DNA of 64,000 nt from Ranitomeya imitator. Lineage: Eukaryota. This document shows positions 25,866 to 40,780 of this stretch, in pieces; the stretch's first letter is position 1, and each line of letters begins with the position of its first letter. The notes beneath the pieces were generated by a model. The model saw only the letters and a list, made by a program, of their open reading frames with translations, made no database searches and was not told the origin of the DNA. Both the position numbers and the translations under genes were made by a program. Where the stretch lies: assembly GCF_032444005.1 (NCBI RefSeq), contig NC_091291.1, forward strand, positions 4,154,001-4,218,000. Reading direction: 5' to 3'.

Positions 25866-26074
25866 GTCTATACTATGAAGACGCCGTCTGGTACAAACTA
25901 TGTGTGTTTTATCCATTAAACCCTATCCACCTACTAGTCCATCCTGATTGTGCGGACCCCTGCGGACCCCACCAGGGAGGGATTTCTGTATGCGCCTCTC
26001 TTGTTTATGTGTCTCCCCCATGCTGTTGGCCACACCCCGACATTGGTATCGTAGGTGAACACAAAGTCATCTTA

Positions 26075-26257
<183 letters not shown>

Positions 26258-26260
26258 TTA

Positions 26261-27771
<1,511 letters not shown>

Positions 27772-27848
27772 TTAACGACGCCAGAATCACAGCACCGCGA
27801 GCAGCTGAGCGAAGGCAATTACATCTACACATCGTGTCCAAGGGAAAT

Positions 27849-27900
27849 CCGGAGCCCACCCACGGCCGGAGCCCACCCGCGGCCGGAGCCCACCCACGGC
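27849..27900 (+). repeat. 17-bp tandem repeat x3 (CCGGAGCCCACCCACGG)
   Basis: Read directly from the sequence. Confidence 0.85.
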
Positions 27901-28296
27901 ACCTCACCTAGGCACAAGTTGCGACAGCGCCTGGGCAGCTTTCCAGAGACAATGAGCTGATGCCTGCGAACCTGCCGGCCGAGTGCTGCCAGCGGAGCAG
28001 GGTGGGACTGTGGCGCTGCCCCTCCCGTGGGATACTGCTCCGCAGCACATTCCCAGGGAGCAGCTCCCTGCTGTAGGGGAAGGGTTAATACTGAAATCTG
28101 CCATCCTGATCCCAGGGGTGTGCACGAGGCCATGTCTGTTCCTGCAATTAGGGTCACCCACAGATTACGCCCCCATTACAGAGGAGCGCGCGGGTGTCAG
28201 ACCTCGGAGGATCGCCTCCTACCCTGCTGCTGATGGTCTCCAGCGTCTACATCCCCAGCTCCCATAGACGGACCCCCAGAAGCAGGGGGCACCCAC

Positions 28297-28431
28297 CTGA
28301 CGCCAGAGGACGGATCCACTCTTTGCTGTTCAGGTCCAGTCGCCACAAGTCATTGAAGGCGGCGTTACAGCTACTCTGCGTGCAGCCGCCGAACACGTAC
28401 ATGGACTGGTTGGGGTCGTAGTAACAAGAAC
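28297..28431 (-). CDS. FBXO42: FBXO42 coding exon 3 ([44 protein letters not shown])
   Basis: 135 nt, CCCCCAG acceptor, GTGGGT donor; phase 1 to 1. Confidence 0.97.
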
Positions 28432-28687
28432 CTGGGGGACAAAGCCTCATAAGTGTGACACCTGGACATTCATCCACAGCAAGAGCAGGAATACTCCCAT
28501 CATCCAGCACGGAGGCCGAGCAGAGGACCCCGACCAATAGTCTCATCCTAACAACCAGCGATGACAGCAGTGGATGGCACATAGTGACGGGGGTCCGGAG
28601 ACCCTCACTGCTGGCAGTGCGATACGGGCTGATCACTGGTCAGATTGCAGTGGTACAGAAGGGACCCTTTAAGAGCAGGAATGTTTA

Positions 28688-29946
<1,259 letters not shown>

Positions 29947-31052
29947 TGCCTAGACACAGACGGTGTCGGCACATCTCACCCACGCTGGCTCTGCTCCCCA
30001 GGATCTGCTACCTCCAGGATGTAAGACACCATTGTCCTTCCAGATAAGTAGTGGCTCTGTTTACCCTGATCCTCAATCTCACCTTCCTTTTCACAGCGCT
30101 AACAATTGCGGATCTCCCAGGGACACTTTACATTACACAGGGACCTTGTAACCTGACATGCTCATAGGCTTAAACAGGAACTACACTCATCCTTTCTAGT
30201 TATATGTAGGCATTCGGCGACACCTTATTACTGGTGTCTTACCCTCTGCTTTCCTCTACAGCCATACGCAATTACCATTCCCAAGCCGGGACTACGCTCA
30301 CAATACCTTGGCAGGTATAACTGTTAGACCACGTCATTTCTACCATGTCTGTAGTAACCTATATTCCAAAATCAAACATAGGAGATAAACCTCTTGCCCC
30401 AGGGTCCACTAATTATGTGTATTCACACCGCATAGTACCATATTGCTCCTATATAGCCTCTGTTTTTTGTCGTACCTTACATTATATTGTTCCTTTCAGG
30501 TACCTCCGACTGGGTCCCCCATCTTAATTTTCCTAACCATCCAACATATTAAGCTATTTACCACAAGTATATCCTCTGGGTATGTTCATTGTTCTTATCC
30601 GTCGGCATGCTTTATACTTTACCTTTGCCCATCCTGACTTGTAAGGACCGCAGGGTTGATACACCCTCCTCTTGCTCCATTGGCGAAAATTCGGTCTATG
30701 TCTTTATGTTGTTGATCGGACCTTCTCAGCAAAACTCCGATGACATGCATTCGTAAAAATGTATATATGCTCTTGTGTCTTGTACATATCTATATTTGTA
30801 TATTTCCTGATTGTTTCCTTTTTTTCTTGATTTACCGCAGCGATATTGTGAACAAGGCCACGAGTTGGCCGAAACGTTATTTTGCCTATCGCTTCAGCAT
30901 GAATTTTCACTTGTGAATAAAACTTTACACTTATTCAAGCAACTTCAATATACGAGTGCAGTGATTACTTCATTATATGGTTTATGGGACTTTTATGACC
31001 CGTTCACTAGCACCGTGACTCACAACTGTCGAGTGCTAGCTTTCGTTATCTA
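29947..31052 (+). mobile_element. 1.1-kb AT-rich insertion splitting the 72-bp array; probable relic of a Penelope-like retroelement 3' end/pseudo-LTR
   Basis: Unique sequence flanked on both sides by the same repeat. Contains a hairpin-GAAACGTT hammerhead-like motif followed by AATAAA (30916-30921). No recognisable RT or GIY-YIG ORF. The family assignment is inference. Confidence 0.45.
30839..30893 (+). ncRNA. Candidate minimal type I hammerhead-like ribozyme with a variant core
   Basis: Core GUGAACA(A), stem II GGCCA/UGGCC with a CGAGU loop, GAAA, palindromic ACGU, then N17=U. AGCGAUA (30839-45) pairs with UAUCGCU (30887-93). Several core deviations, so activity is unknown. Confidence 0.4.
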
Positions 31053-34000
31053 CTGTAGTCACTGAGCACAATCCTGACCACAGGTATCAGTGTAATCATC
31101 GGTATAACGGCACCGACCTGACACTGCCTGTAGTCACTGAGCACAATCCTGATCACAGGTATCAGTGTAATCATCGGTATAACGGCACCAACCTGACACT
31201 GTCTGTAGTCACTGAGCACAATCCTGATCACAGGTATCAGTGTAATCATCAGTATAACGGCACCGACCTGACACTGCCTGTAGTCACTGAGCACAATCCT
31301 GATCACAGGTATCAGTATAACGGCACCGACCTGACACTGCCTGTAGTCACTGAGCACAATCCTGATCACAGGTATCAGTGTAATCATCGGTATAACGGCA
31401 CCGACCTGACACTGTCTGTAGTCACTGAGCACAATCCTGACCACAGGTATCAGTGTAATCATCGGTATAACGGCACTGACCTGACACTGCCTGTAGTCAC
31501 TGAGCACAATCCTGATCACAGGTATCAGTGTAATCATCAGTATAACGGCACCGACCTGACACTGCCTGTAGTCACTGAGCACAATCCTGATCACAGGTAT
31601 CAGTGTAATCATCGGTATAACGGCACCGACCTGACACTGCCTGTAGTCACTGAGCACAATCCTGATCACAGGTATCAGTGTAATCATCAGTATAACGGCA
31701 CCGACCTGACACTGCCTGTAGTCACTGAGCACAATCCTGATCACAGGTATCAGTGTAATCAGTATAACGGCACCGACTTGACACTGCCTGTAGTCACTGA
31801 GCACAATCCTGATCACAGGTATCAGTGTAATCAGTATAACGGCACCGACTTGACACTGCCTGTAGTCACTGAGCACAATCCTGACCACAGGTATCAGTGT
31901 AATCATCAGTATAACGGCACCGACCTGACACTGCCTGTAGTCACTGAGCACAATCCTGATCACAGGTATCAGTGTAATCATCGGTATAACGGCACCGACC
32001 TGACACTGCCTGTAGTCACTGAGCACAATCCTGATCACAGGTATCAGTGTAATCATCGGTATAACGGCACCGACCTGACACTGTCTGTAGTCACTGAGCA
32101 CAATCCTGACCACAGGTATCAGTGTAATCATCGGTATAACGGCACTGACCTGACACTGCCTGTAGTCACTGAGCACAATCCTGATCACAGGTATCAGTGT
32201 AATCATCAGTATAACGGCACCGACCTGACACTGCCTGTAGTCACTGAGCACAATCCTGATCACAGGTATCAGTGTAATCATCGGTATAACGGCACCGACC
32301 TGACACTGCCTGTAGTCACTGAGCACAATCCTGATCACAGGTATCAGTGTAATCATCAGTATAACGGCACCGACCTGACACTGCCTGTAGTCACTGAGCA
32401 CAATCCTGATCACAGGTATCAGTGTAATCAGTATAACGGCACCGACTTGACACTGCCTGTAGTCACTGAGCACAATCCTGATCACAGGTATCAGTGTAAT
32501 CAGTATAACGGCACCGACTTGACACTGCCTGTAGTCACTGAGCACAATCCTGACCACAGGTATCAGTGTAATCATCAGTATAACGGCACCGACCTGACAC
32601 TGCCTGTAGTCACTGAGCACAATCCTGATCACAGGTATCAGTGTAATCATCGGTATAACGGCACCGACCTGACACTGTCTGTAGTCACTGAGCACAATCC
32701 TGATCACAGGTATCAGTGTAATCAGTATAACGGCACCGACCTGACACTGTCTGTAGTCACTGAGCACAATCCTGATCACAGGTATCAGTGTAATCAGTAT
32801 AACGGCACCGACTTGACACTGCCTGTAGTCACTGAGCACAATCCTGATCACAGGTATCAGTGTAATCAGTATAACGGCACCGACTTGACACTACCTGTAG
32901 TCACTGAGCACAATCCTGACCACAGGTATCAGTGTAATCATCAGTATAACGGCACCGACCTGACACTGCCTGTAGTCACTGAGCACAATCCTGATCACAG
33001 GTATCAGTGTAATCATCGGTATAACGGCACCGACCTGACACTGTCTGTAGTCACTGAGCACAATCCTGATCACAGGTATCAGTGTAATCAGTATAACGGC
33101 ACCGACCTGACACTGTCTGTAGTCACTGAGCACAATCCTGATCACAGGTATCAGTGTAATCAGTATAACGGCACCGACTTGACACTGCCTGTAGTCACTG
33201 AGCACAATCCTGACCACAGGTATCAGTGTAATCATCAGTATAACGGCACCGACCTGACACTGCCTGTAGTCACTGAGCACAATCCTGATCACAGGTATCA
33301 GTGTAATCATCGGTATAACGGCACCGACCTGACACTGTCTGTAGTCACTGAGCACAATCCTGACCACAGGTATCAGTGTAATCATCAGTATAACGGCACC
33401 GACCTGACACTGCCTGTAGTCACTGAGCACAATCCTGATCACAGGTATCAGTGTAATCATCGGTATAACGGCACCGACCTGACACTGCCTGTAGTCACTG
33501 AGCACAATCCTGATCACAGGTATCAGTGTAATCATCAGTATAACAGCACTGACCTGACACTGCCTGTAGTCACTGAGCACAATCCTGACCACAGGTATCA
33601 GTGTAATCATCGGTATAACTGCACCGACCTGACACGGTCTGTAGTCACTGAGCACAATCCTGATCACAGGTATCAGTGTAATCATCAGTATAACGGCACC
33701 GACCTGACACTGCCTGTAGTCACTGAGCACAATCCTGATCACAGGTATCAGTGTAATCATCGGTATAACGGCACCGACCTGACACTGCCTGTAGTCACTG
33801 AGCACAATCCTGATCACAGGTATCAGTGTAATCAGTATAACGGCACCGACCTGACACTGTCTGTAGTCACTGAGCACAATCCTGACCACAGGTATCAGTA
33901 TAATCATCGGTATAACGGCACTGACCTGACACTGTCTGTAGTCACTGAGCACAATCCTGATCACAGGTATCAGTGTAATCATCAGTATAACGGCACTGAC

Positions 34001-34777
34001 CTGACACTGCCTGTAGTCACTGAGCACAATCCTGACCACAGGTATCAGTGTAATCATCGGTATAACGGCACCGACCTGACACTGTCTGTAGTCACTGAGC
34101 ACAATCCTGATCACAGGTATCAGTGTAATCATCAGTATAACGGCACCGACCTGACACTGTCTGTAGTCACTGAGCACAATCCTGATCACAGGTATCAGTG
34201 TAATCAGTATAACGGCACCGACCTGACACTGTCTGTAGTCACTGAGCACAATCCTGATCACAGGTATCAGTGTAATCAGTATAACGGCACCGACCTGACA
34301 CTGTCTGTAGTCACTGAGCACAATCCTGATCACAGGTATCAGTGTAATCAGTACAACGGCACCGACCTGACACTGCCTGTAGTCACTGAGCATAATCCTG
34401 ATCACAGGTATCAGTGTAATCAGTATAACGGCACCGACCTGACACTGTCTGTAGTCACTGAGCACAATCCTGACCACAGGTATCAGTGTAATCAGTACAA
34501 CGGCACCGACCTGACACTGCCTGTAGTCACTGAGCACAATCCTGATCACAGGTATCAGTGTAATCAGTACAACGGCACCGACCTGACACTGCCTGTAGTC
34601 ACTGAGCACAATCCTGATCACAGGTATCAGTGTAATCAGTATAACGGCACCGACCTGACACTGTCTGTAGTCACTGAGCACAATCCTGACCACAGGTATC
34701 AGTGTAATCATCGGTATAACGGCACTGACCTGACACTGCCTGTAGTCACTGAGCACAATCCTGATCACAGGTATCAG
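31053..34777 (+). repeat. 72/75-bp minisatellite, right block (~50 copies)
   Basis: Same unit as the left block, with or without a CAT insertion. One 63-bp unit near 31310. A 669-bp higher-order repeat is marked by the GGCACTGAC variant at 31472 and 32141. Confidence 0.98.
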
Positions 34778-35180
34778 ACGTTGAGTCTGGATGACGAGCA
34801 GAAAAGATCTTCTCAATTACTATCAATGGTAATGAGCGGGCAGACACCGGACCTGGAAACCAACCGTCTGCGAGGAGCAATCAGGGAGACGCCGCCACGA
34901 CAGAGACATTTCAGGAAGTTCGGGGTGTGTAAACTTTTGCATCATATCCTTCTATTGTGCTAGATCATCCAGTGGAGAAAATGGAAGGAATTTTACAAAG
35001 TGTCTGGATCAAGCAAAGCTGCCTCTGTCCTGCGCCCGTGCAGAGCTGCGTCTCCATAATGACAGACCACACAAGCCCAGTATGGACCCCTCCCGGCGGT
35101 CCGTCCACACACGGCAGGCACCGACCGGACCCCATTATCACTAGCACAGAGGACATGGCGGCTGCAGGGCTGCACCTTAC

Positions 35181-35421
35181 CCTTGATGAGCCGGTACCAC
35201 TGCTTACACACCAGGGCGGCTGTCTTGTGCTCCTGGTACGGAGACAGGAAGGACAGGATGTATTCCAGGACCTCCTCCGGCAGCTCGCACATGGACCGCT
35301 TGTGCTTGGTCCCCCCAGACGTGGCCTGCGACTCCTCGTCCTGCTCCATGGTCCCGTCTACTGCGTCCTCTCCATCTATGGCCATGAACGCGTCATCTTC
35401 ACTCTCAGAGGAGCCGGCCAT
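35181..35421 (-). CDS. FBXO42: FBXO42 first coding exon, containing the F-box ([10 protein letters not shown]...[35 protein letters not shown])
   Basis: 241 nt of CDS. Kozak GCCATGG; acceptor CTCTCTTGCAG with the exon starting at 35429; donor GTAAGG. The nine exons total 2073 nt = 690 aa + stop. The non-coding first exon was not found in the window. Confidence 0.98.
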
Positions 35422-36371
35422 GGCACGTCCTGCAAGAGAGCGGACGTCAGAGGGTTAATGGGAGAGTGACAGGGGGCAAGAAAAAGGTAAAGCTACAGCT
35501 CAGACCAGTGCAGGGGTCTCCGGACCCGTCCGCCTGAGCAGACCAGGGGCCGACCGCAGGTTGGGGGATCCGGAAGGCTCCATGCCAGACACAGAGCAGC
35601 CCCACACAAAGCCTCATGTGAGGGGACGTCCGACCACCACAGGACAGATGAGAAACAGGCGAGTGGGGGGACAAGAATGGACGGCCTGAAGCCCCCTGTG
35701 GATGGAGCAGTGGAGACCACCACACCTACAGTGTATGGAGAGAGGTCACACAGGGGACATGGGGGGCCAGCAAGTCACTCGGCTCATCTGTGCCAAAGCT
35801 GTGATACACGTTTGTGGGACAACCCCTTTAATGGAAGCCATGGCTAACAGCCGCACACCAGAGCCAATATCCCATGATGCTCTGCAAGACACAGACGTCA
35901 TCTCTACAGGCCGCAGAGAGGGTCACAGGACAGGGGCCGCGTGTGACGTAAAGAGGCTCAGTACCACAGCCACAGGCCCGTTGTGCTGCGGACGATCGCC
36001 CTGGTTGGGTGAAGCCACTGCACAGCTGCAGACAATCAGCGGCGTGTGAAAGGAGGCCGAGCCGCTGGTCAGGACGATAATTAACCCTGATGCTAATGAG
36101 AGCCGCAACATTCACAGCAAACAGAAGCTCGAAAGAGGGGCACAAAGAAAGCCCCCGAGAGTCCCGACAATGACACCTCAATATCCCTGCAACACCGAAT
36201 CAGGGGATCTAATACAACGAGAAGCCCCTCAGACGGGGGTCCGCGCCCCATACACCGCACTGGACAAGGAAAACCTGCGGCAAAATGAGAAGAAGATTCT
36301 CAAACAAAGTAACACTGATCAGTCCCAAAACACAGGGTGAACGAAGAAAAGAAAAATGTACATTCCATCAA

Positions 36372-37071
36372 TAGCCGGCGACCGCCCGTCGGCCCCTTCC
36401 TCGGTAGCCGGGACCGCCCGTCGGCCCCTTCCTCGGTAGCCGGCGGCCGCCCGTCGGCCCCTTCCTCGGTAGCCGGCGGCCGCCCGTCGGCTCCTTCCTC
36501 GGTAGCCGGCGGCCGCCCGTCGGCCCCTTCCTCGGTAGCCGGCGGCCGCCCGTCGGCCCCTTCCTCGGTAGCCGGCGGCCGCCCGTCGGCCCCTTCCTCG
36601 GTAGCCGGCGGCCGCCCGTCGGCCCCTTCCTCGGTAGCCGGCGGCCGCCCGTCGGCCCCTTCCTCGGTAGCCGGCGGCCGCCCGTCGGCCCCTTCCTCGG
36701 TAGCCGGCGGCCGCCCGTCGGCCCCTTCCTCGGTAGCCGGCGGCCGCCCGTCGGCCCCTTCCTCGGTAGCCGGCGGCCGCCCGTCGGCCCCTTCCTCGGT
36801 AGCCGGAGACCGCCCGGCGGCCCCATCCTCGGCAGCCGGGAACCGCCCGTCGGCTCCATCCTCGGTAGCCGGTGACCGCCCGTCGGCTCCATCCTCGGTA
36901 GCCGGGGACCGCCCGTCGTCTCCATCCTCGGTAGCCGGGGACCGCCCGTCGGCCCCTTCCTCGGTAGCTGGGGACCGCCCGTCGGCTCCATCCTCGGTAG
37001 CCGGGGACCGCCCGTCGGCCCCTTCCTCGGTAGCTGGGGACCGCCCGTCGGCTCCATCCTCGGTAGCCGGC
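36372..37071 (+). repeat. 33-bp GC/CpG-rich minisatellite (~21 copies) in the FBXO42 5' intron
   Basis: Unit GGCGGCCGCCCGTCGGCCCCTTCCTCGGTAGCC; 11 NotI sites from 36443 to 36780. Confidence 0.97.
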
Positions 37072-37324
37072 GAACTCAGGGATCTAAGACGTTTTCTCTC
37101 CGTCATTGTTCACATTTGTGTAGATCTGAGCTGTGAGATCATCCGTCCACATCACAGGCGCCTCCTACTGACGCCATTGTGGATGCTCAGATACCGCGAC
37201 GAGATCCTGGGGCCACTCATTCACCATCATCACCTCATGTTACAGCAACGGGATGCACGGTCCCTGCACCCCCCATTGCAGAGAAATGATGCATGGCCCA
37301 CCATGGTGACCCGGCCCGCTCCCC

Positions 37325-40300
37325 CCATACACACTGAGGGGCACCAGGCCCACTCCCCCCATTACCACACACTGAGGGGCACCAGGCCCACTCCCCCCAT
37401 TACCACACACTGAGGGGCACCAGGCCCACTCCCCCCATTACCACACACTGAGGGGCACCAGGCCCACTCCCCCCATTACCACACACTGAGGGGCACCAGG
37501 CCCACTCCCCCCATTACCACACACTGAGGGGCACCAGGCCCACTCCCCCCATTACCACACACTGAGGGGCACCAGGCCCACTCCCCCCATTACCACACAC
37601 TGAGGGGCACCGGGCCCACTCCCCCAGGCCCACTCCCCCTTACCACACAATGAGGGGCATCGGGCCCACTCCCCCCCTTACCACACACTGAGGGGCACCG
37701 GGCCCACTCCCCCAGGCCCACTCCCCCTTACCACACAATGAGGGGCACCGGGCCCACTCCCCCCCTTACCACACACTGAGGGGCACCAGGCCCACTCTCC
37801 CCTTACCACACACTGAGGGGCACCAGGCCCACTCCCCCTTACCACACACTGAGGGGGGCACCAGGCCCACTCCCCCTTACCACACACTGAGGGGGGCACC
37901 AGGCCCACTCCCCCCTTACCACACACTGAGGGGCACCAGGCCCACTCCCCCCATTACCACACACTGAGGGGCACCAGGCCCACTCCCCCCATTACCACAC
38001 ACTGAGGGGCACCAGGCCCACTCCCCCCATTACCACACACTGAGGGGCACCAGGCCCACTCCCCCTTACCACACACTGAGGGGGGCACCAGGCCCACTCC
38101 CCCCATTACCACACACTGAGGGGCACCAGGCCCACTCCCCCCTTACCACACACTGAGGGGCACCAGGCCCACTCCCCCCTTACCACACACTGAGGGGCAC
38201 CAGGCCCACTCCCCCCTTACCACACACTGAGGGGCACCAGGCCCACTCCCCCCCTTACCACACACTGAGGGGCACCGGGCCCACTCCCCCCCCCTTTACC
38301 ACACACTGAGGGGCACCAGGCCCACTCCCCCCTTACCACACACTGAGGGGCACCAGGCCCACTCCCCCCCTTACCACATACTGAGGGGCACCGGGCCCAA
38401 TTCCCCCCCCCCCTTACCACACACTGAGGGGCACCAGGCCCACACCCCCCTTACCACACACTGAGGGGCACCAGGCCCACACCCCCCCCTTACCACACTG
38501 AGGGGCACCAGGCCCACACCCCCCCCCTTACCACACACTGAGGGGCACCGGGCCCACTCCCCCCTTACCACACACTGAGGGGCACCAGGCCCACTCCCCC
38601 TTACCACACAATGAGGGGCACCGGGCCCACTCCCCCAGGCCCACTCCCCCTTACCACACAATGAGGGGCACCGGGCCCACTCCCCCCCTTACCACACACT
38701 GAGGGGCACCAGGCCCACTCCCCCCCTTACCACACACTGAGGGGCACCGGGCCCACTCCCCCCTTACCACACACTGAGGGGCACCGGGCCCACTCCCCCC
38801 CTTACCACACACTGAGGGGCACCAGGCCCACTCCCCCCTTACCACACACTGAGGGGCACCAGGCCCACTCCCCCCTTACCACACACTGAGGGGCACCAGG
38901 CCCACTCCCCCCCTTACCACACACTGAGGGGCACCGGGCCCACTCCCCCCCCCTTTACCACACACTGAGGGGCACCAGGCCCACTCCCCCCTTACCACAC
39001 ACTGAGGGGCACCAGGCCCACTCCCCCCCTTACCACATACTGAGGGGCACCGGGCCCAATTCCCCCCCCCCCCCTTACCACACACTGAGGGGCACCAGGC
39101 CCACACCCCCCTTACCACACACTGAGGGGCACCAGGCCCACACCCCCCCCTTACCACACTGAGGGGCACCAGGCCCACACCCCCCCCCTTACCACACACT
39201 GAGGGGCACCGGGCCCACTCCCCCCTTACCACACACTGAGGGGCACCAGGCCCACTCCCCCTTACCACACAATGAGGGGCACCGGGCCCACTCCCCCAGG
39301 CCCACTCCCCCTTACCACACAATGAGGGGCACCGGGCCCACTCCCCCCCTTACCACACACTGAGGGGCACCGGGCCCACTCCCCCCCTTACCACACACTG
39401 AGGGGCACCGGGCCCACTCCCCCCTTACCACACACTGAGGGGCACCGGGCCCACTCCCCCCCTTACCACACACTGAGGGGCACCGGGCCCACTCCCCCCC
39501 TTACCACACACTGAGGGGCACCGGGCCCACTCCCCCCTTACCACACAATGAGGGGCACCGGGCCCACTCCCCCTTACCACACAATGAGGGGCACCGGGCC
39601 CACTCCCCCTTACCACACAATGAGGGGCACCGGGCCCACTCCCCCCCTTACCACACACTGAGGGGCACCGGGCCCACTCCCCCCCTTACCACACACTGAG
39701 GGGCACCGGGCCCACTCCCCCCCCCTTACTACACACTGAGGGGCACCGGGCCCACTCCCCCCCTTACCACACACTGAGGGGCACCGGGCCCACTCCCCCC
39801 CTTACTACACACTGAGGGGCACCGGGCCCACTCCCCCCCCTTACCACACACTGAGGGGCACCGGGCCCACTCCCCCCCCTTACCACACACTGAGGGGCAC
39901 CGGGCCCACTCCCCCCCCTTACCACACACTGAGGGGCACCGGGCCCACTCCCCCCATTACCACACACTGAGGGGCACCAGGCCCACTCCCCCCATTACCA
40001 CACACTGAGGGGCACCGGGCCCACTCCCCCCCCTTACCACACACTGAGGGGCACCGGGCCCACTCCCCCCCCTTACCACACACTGAGGGGCACCGGGCCC
40101 ACTCCCCCCCCTTACCACACACTGAGGGGCACCAGGCCCACTCCCCCCATTACCACACACTGAGGGGCACCGGGCCCACTCCCCCCCCTTACCACACACT
40201 GAGGGGCACCGGGCCCACTCCCCCCCCTTACCACACACTGAGGGGCACCGGGCCCACTCCCCCCCTTACCACACACTGAGGGGCACCGGGCCCACTCCCC

Positions 40301-40327
40301 CCCCTTACCACACACTGAGGGGCACCG
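37325..40327 (+). repeat. ~38-bp minisatellite (~79 copies) with variable poly-C length
   Basis: Unit CCACACACTGAGGGGCACCAGGCCCACTCCCCCCATTA; CTGAGG at 37334 and 37372. Confidence 0.97.
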
Positions 40328-40780
40328 TTATGGCAACATTAAGTCATGGAACAATCAACCACAGGCTGAAACCAGAGACAACAGCGAGTGCAGCAAAGAC
40401 ATCTGACAACTGCCGGCCTGCAGCACGGAGGAGACCGTCAGCACGGAGGCGGCGCAGAGGATGACACGTCCATAACAACACTCAGCTCTCACCCGGTGAG
40501 ACCGCTCTCTCCCACAGCGCGGCCGGTTCTCCCCGGTCACGGAGCCGCCATCTTCACAAGCAGCGACAGAAGAGGAAGGGCCCGAGCCGACGGGGGCGCG
40601 CACGTATACGACGATGATCACACGCACGTACTACACGCACGACACAAGCCACACGCCATGATGAGAAGGTCATTCTCCTAAAGCGCAGGCGCAGTGCAAC
40701 CGTCGTGACCCGAGACGCCATATTGGGAAGGGAAGAAACAAAAACAGGAAGAGAAACACAACTGATCACATCATGCACTG

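Noticed and set aside
36300-37413. ORFs across the 33-bp array (MTERKRLR...EEGADGRPPAT repeats, and others)
   Set aside because: A GC-rich unit of length divisible by 3 is open in at least three frames by construction; no splice or domain support.
40328-40780. Unique 450-bp island between arrays as the FBXO42 non-coding first exon
   Set aside because: A minus-strand GTGAG donor-like site is present near 40490, but there is no convincing acceptor or promoter signature. It needs RNA data.
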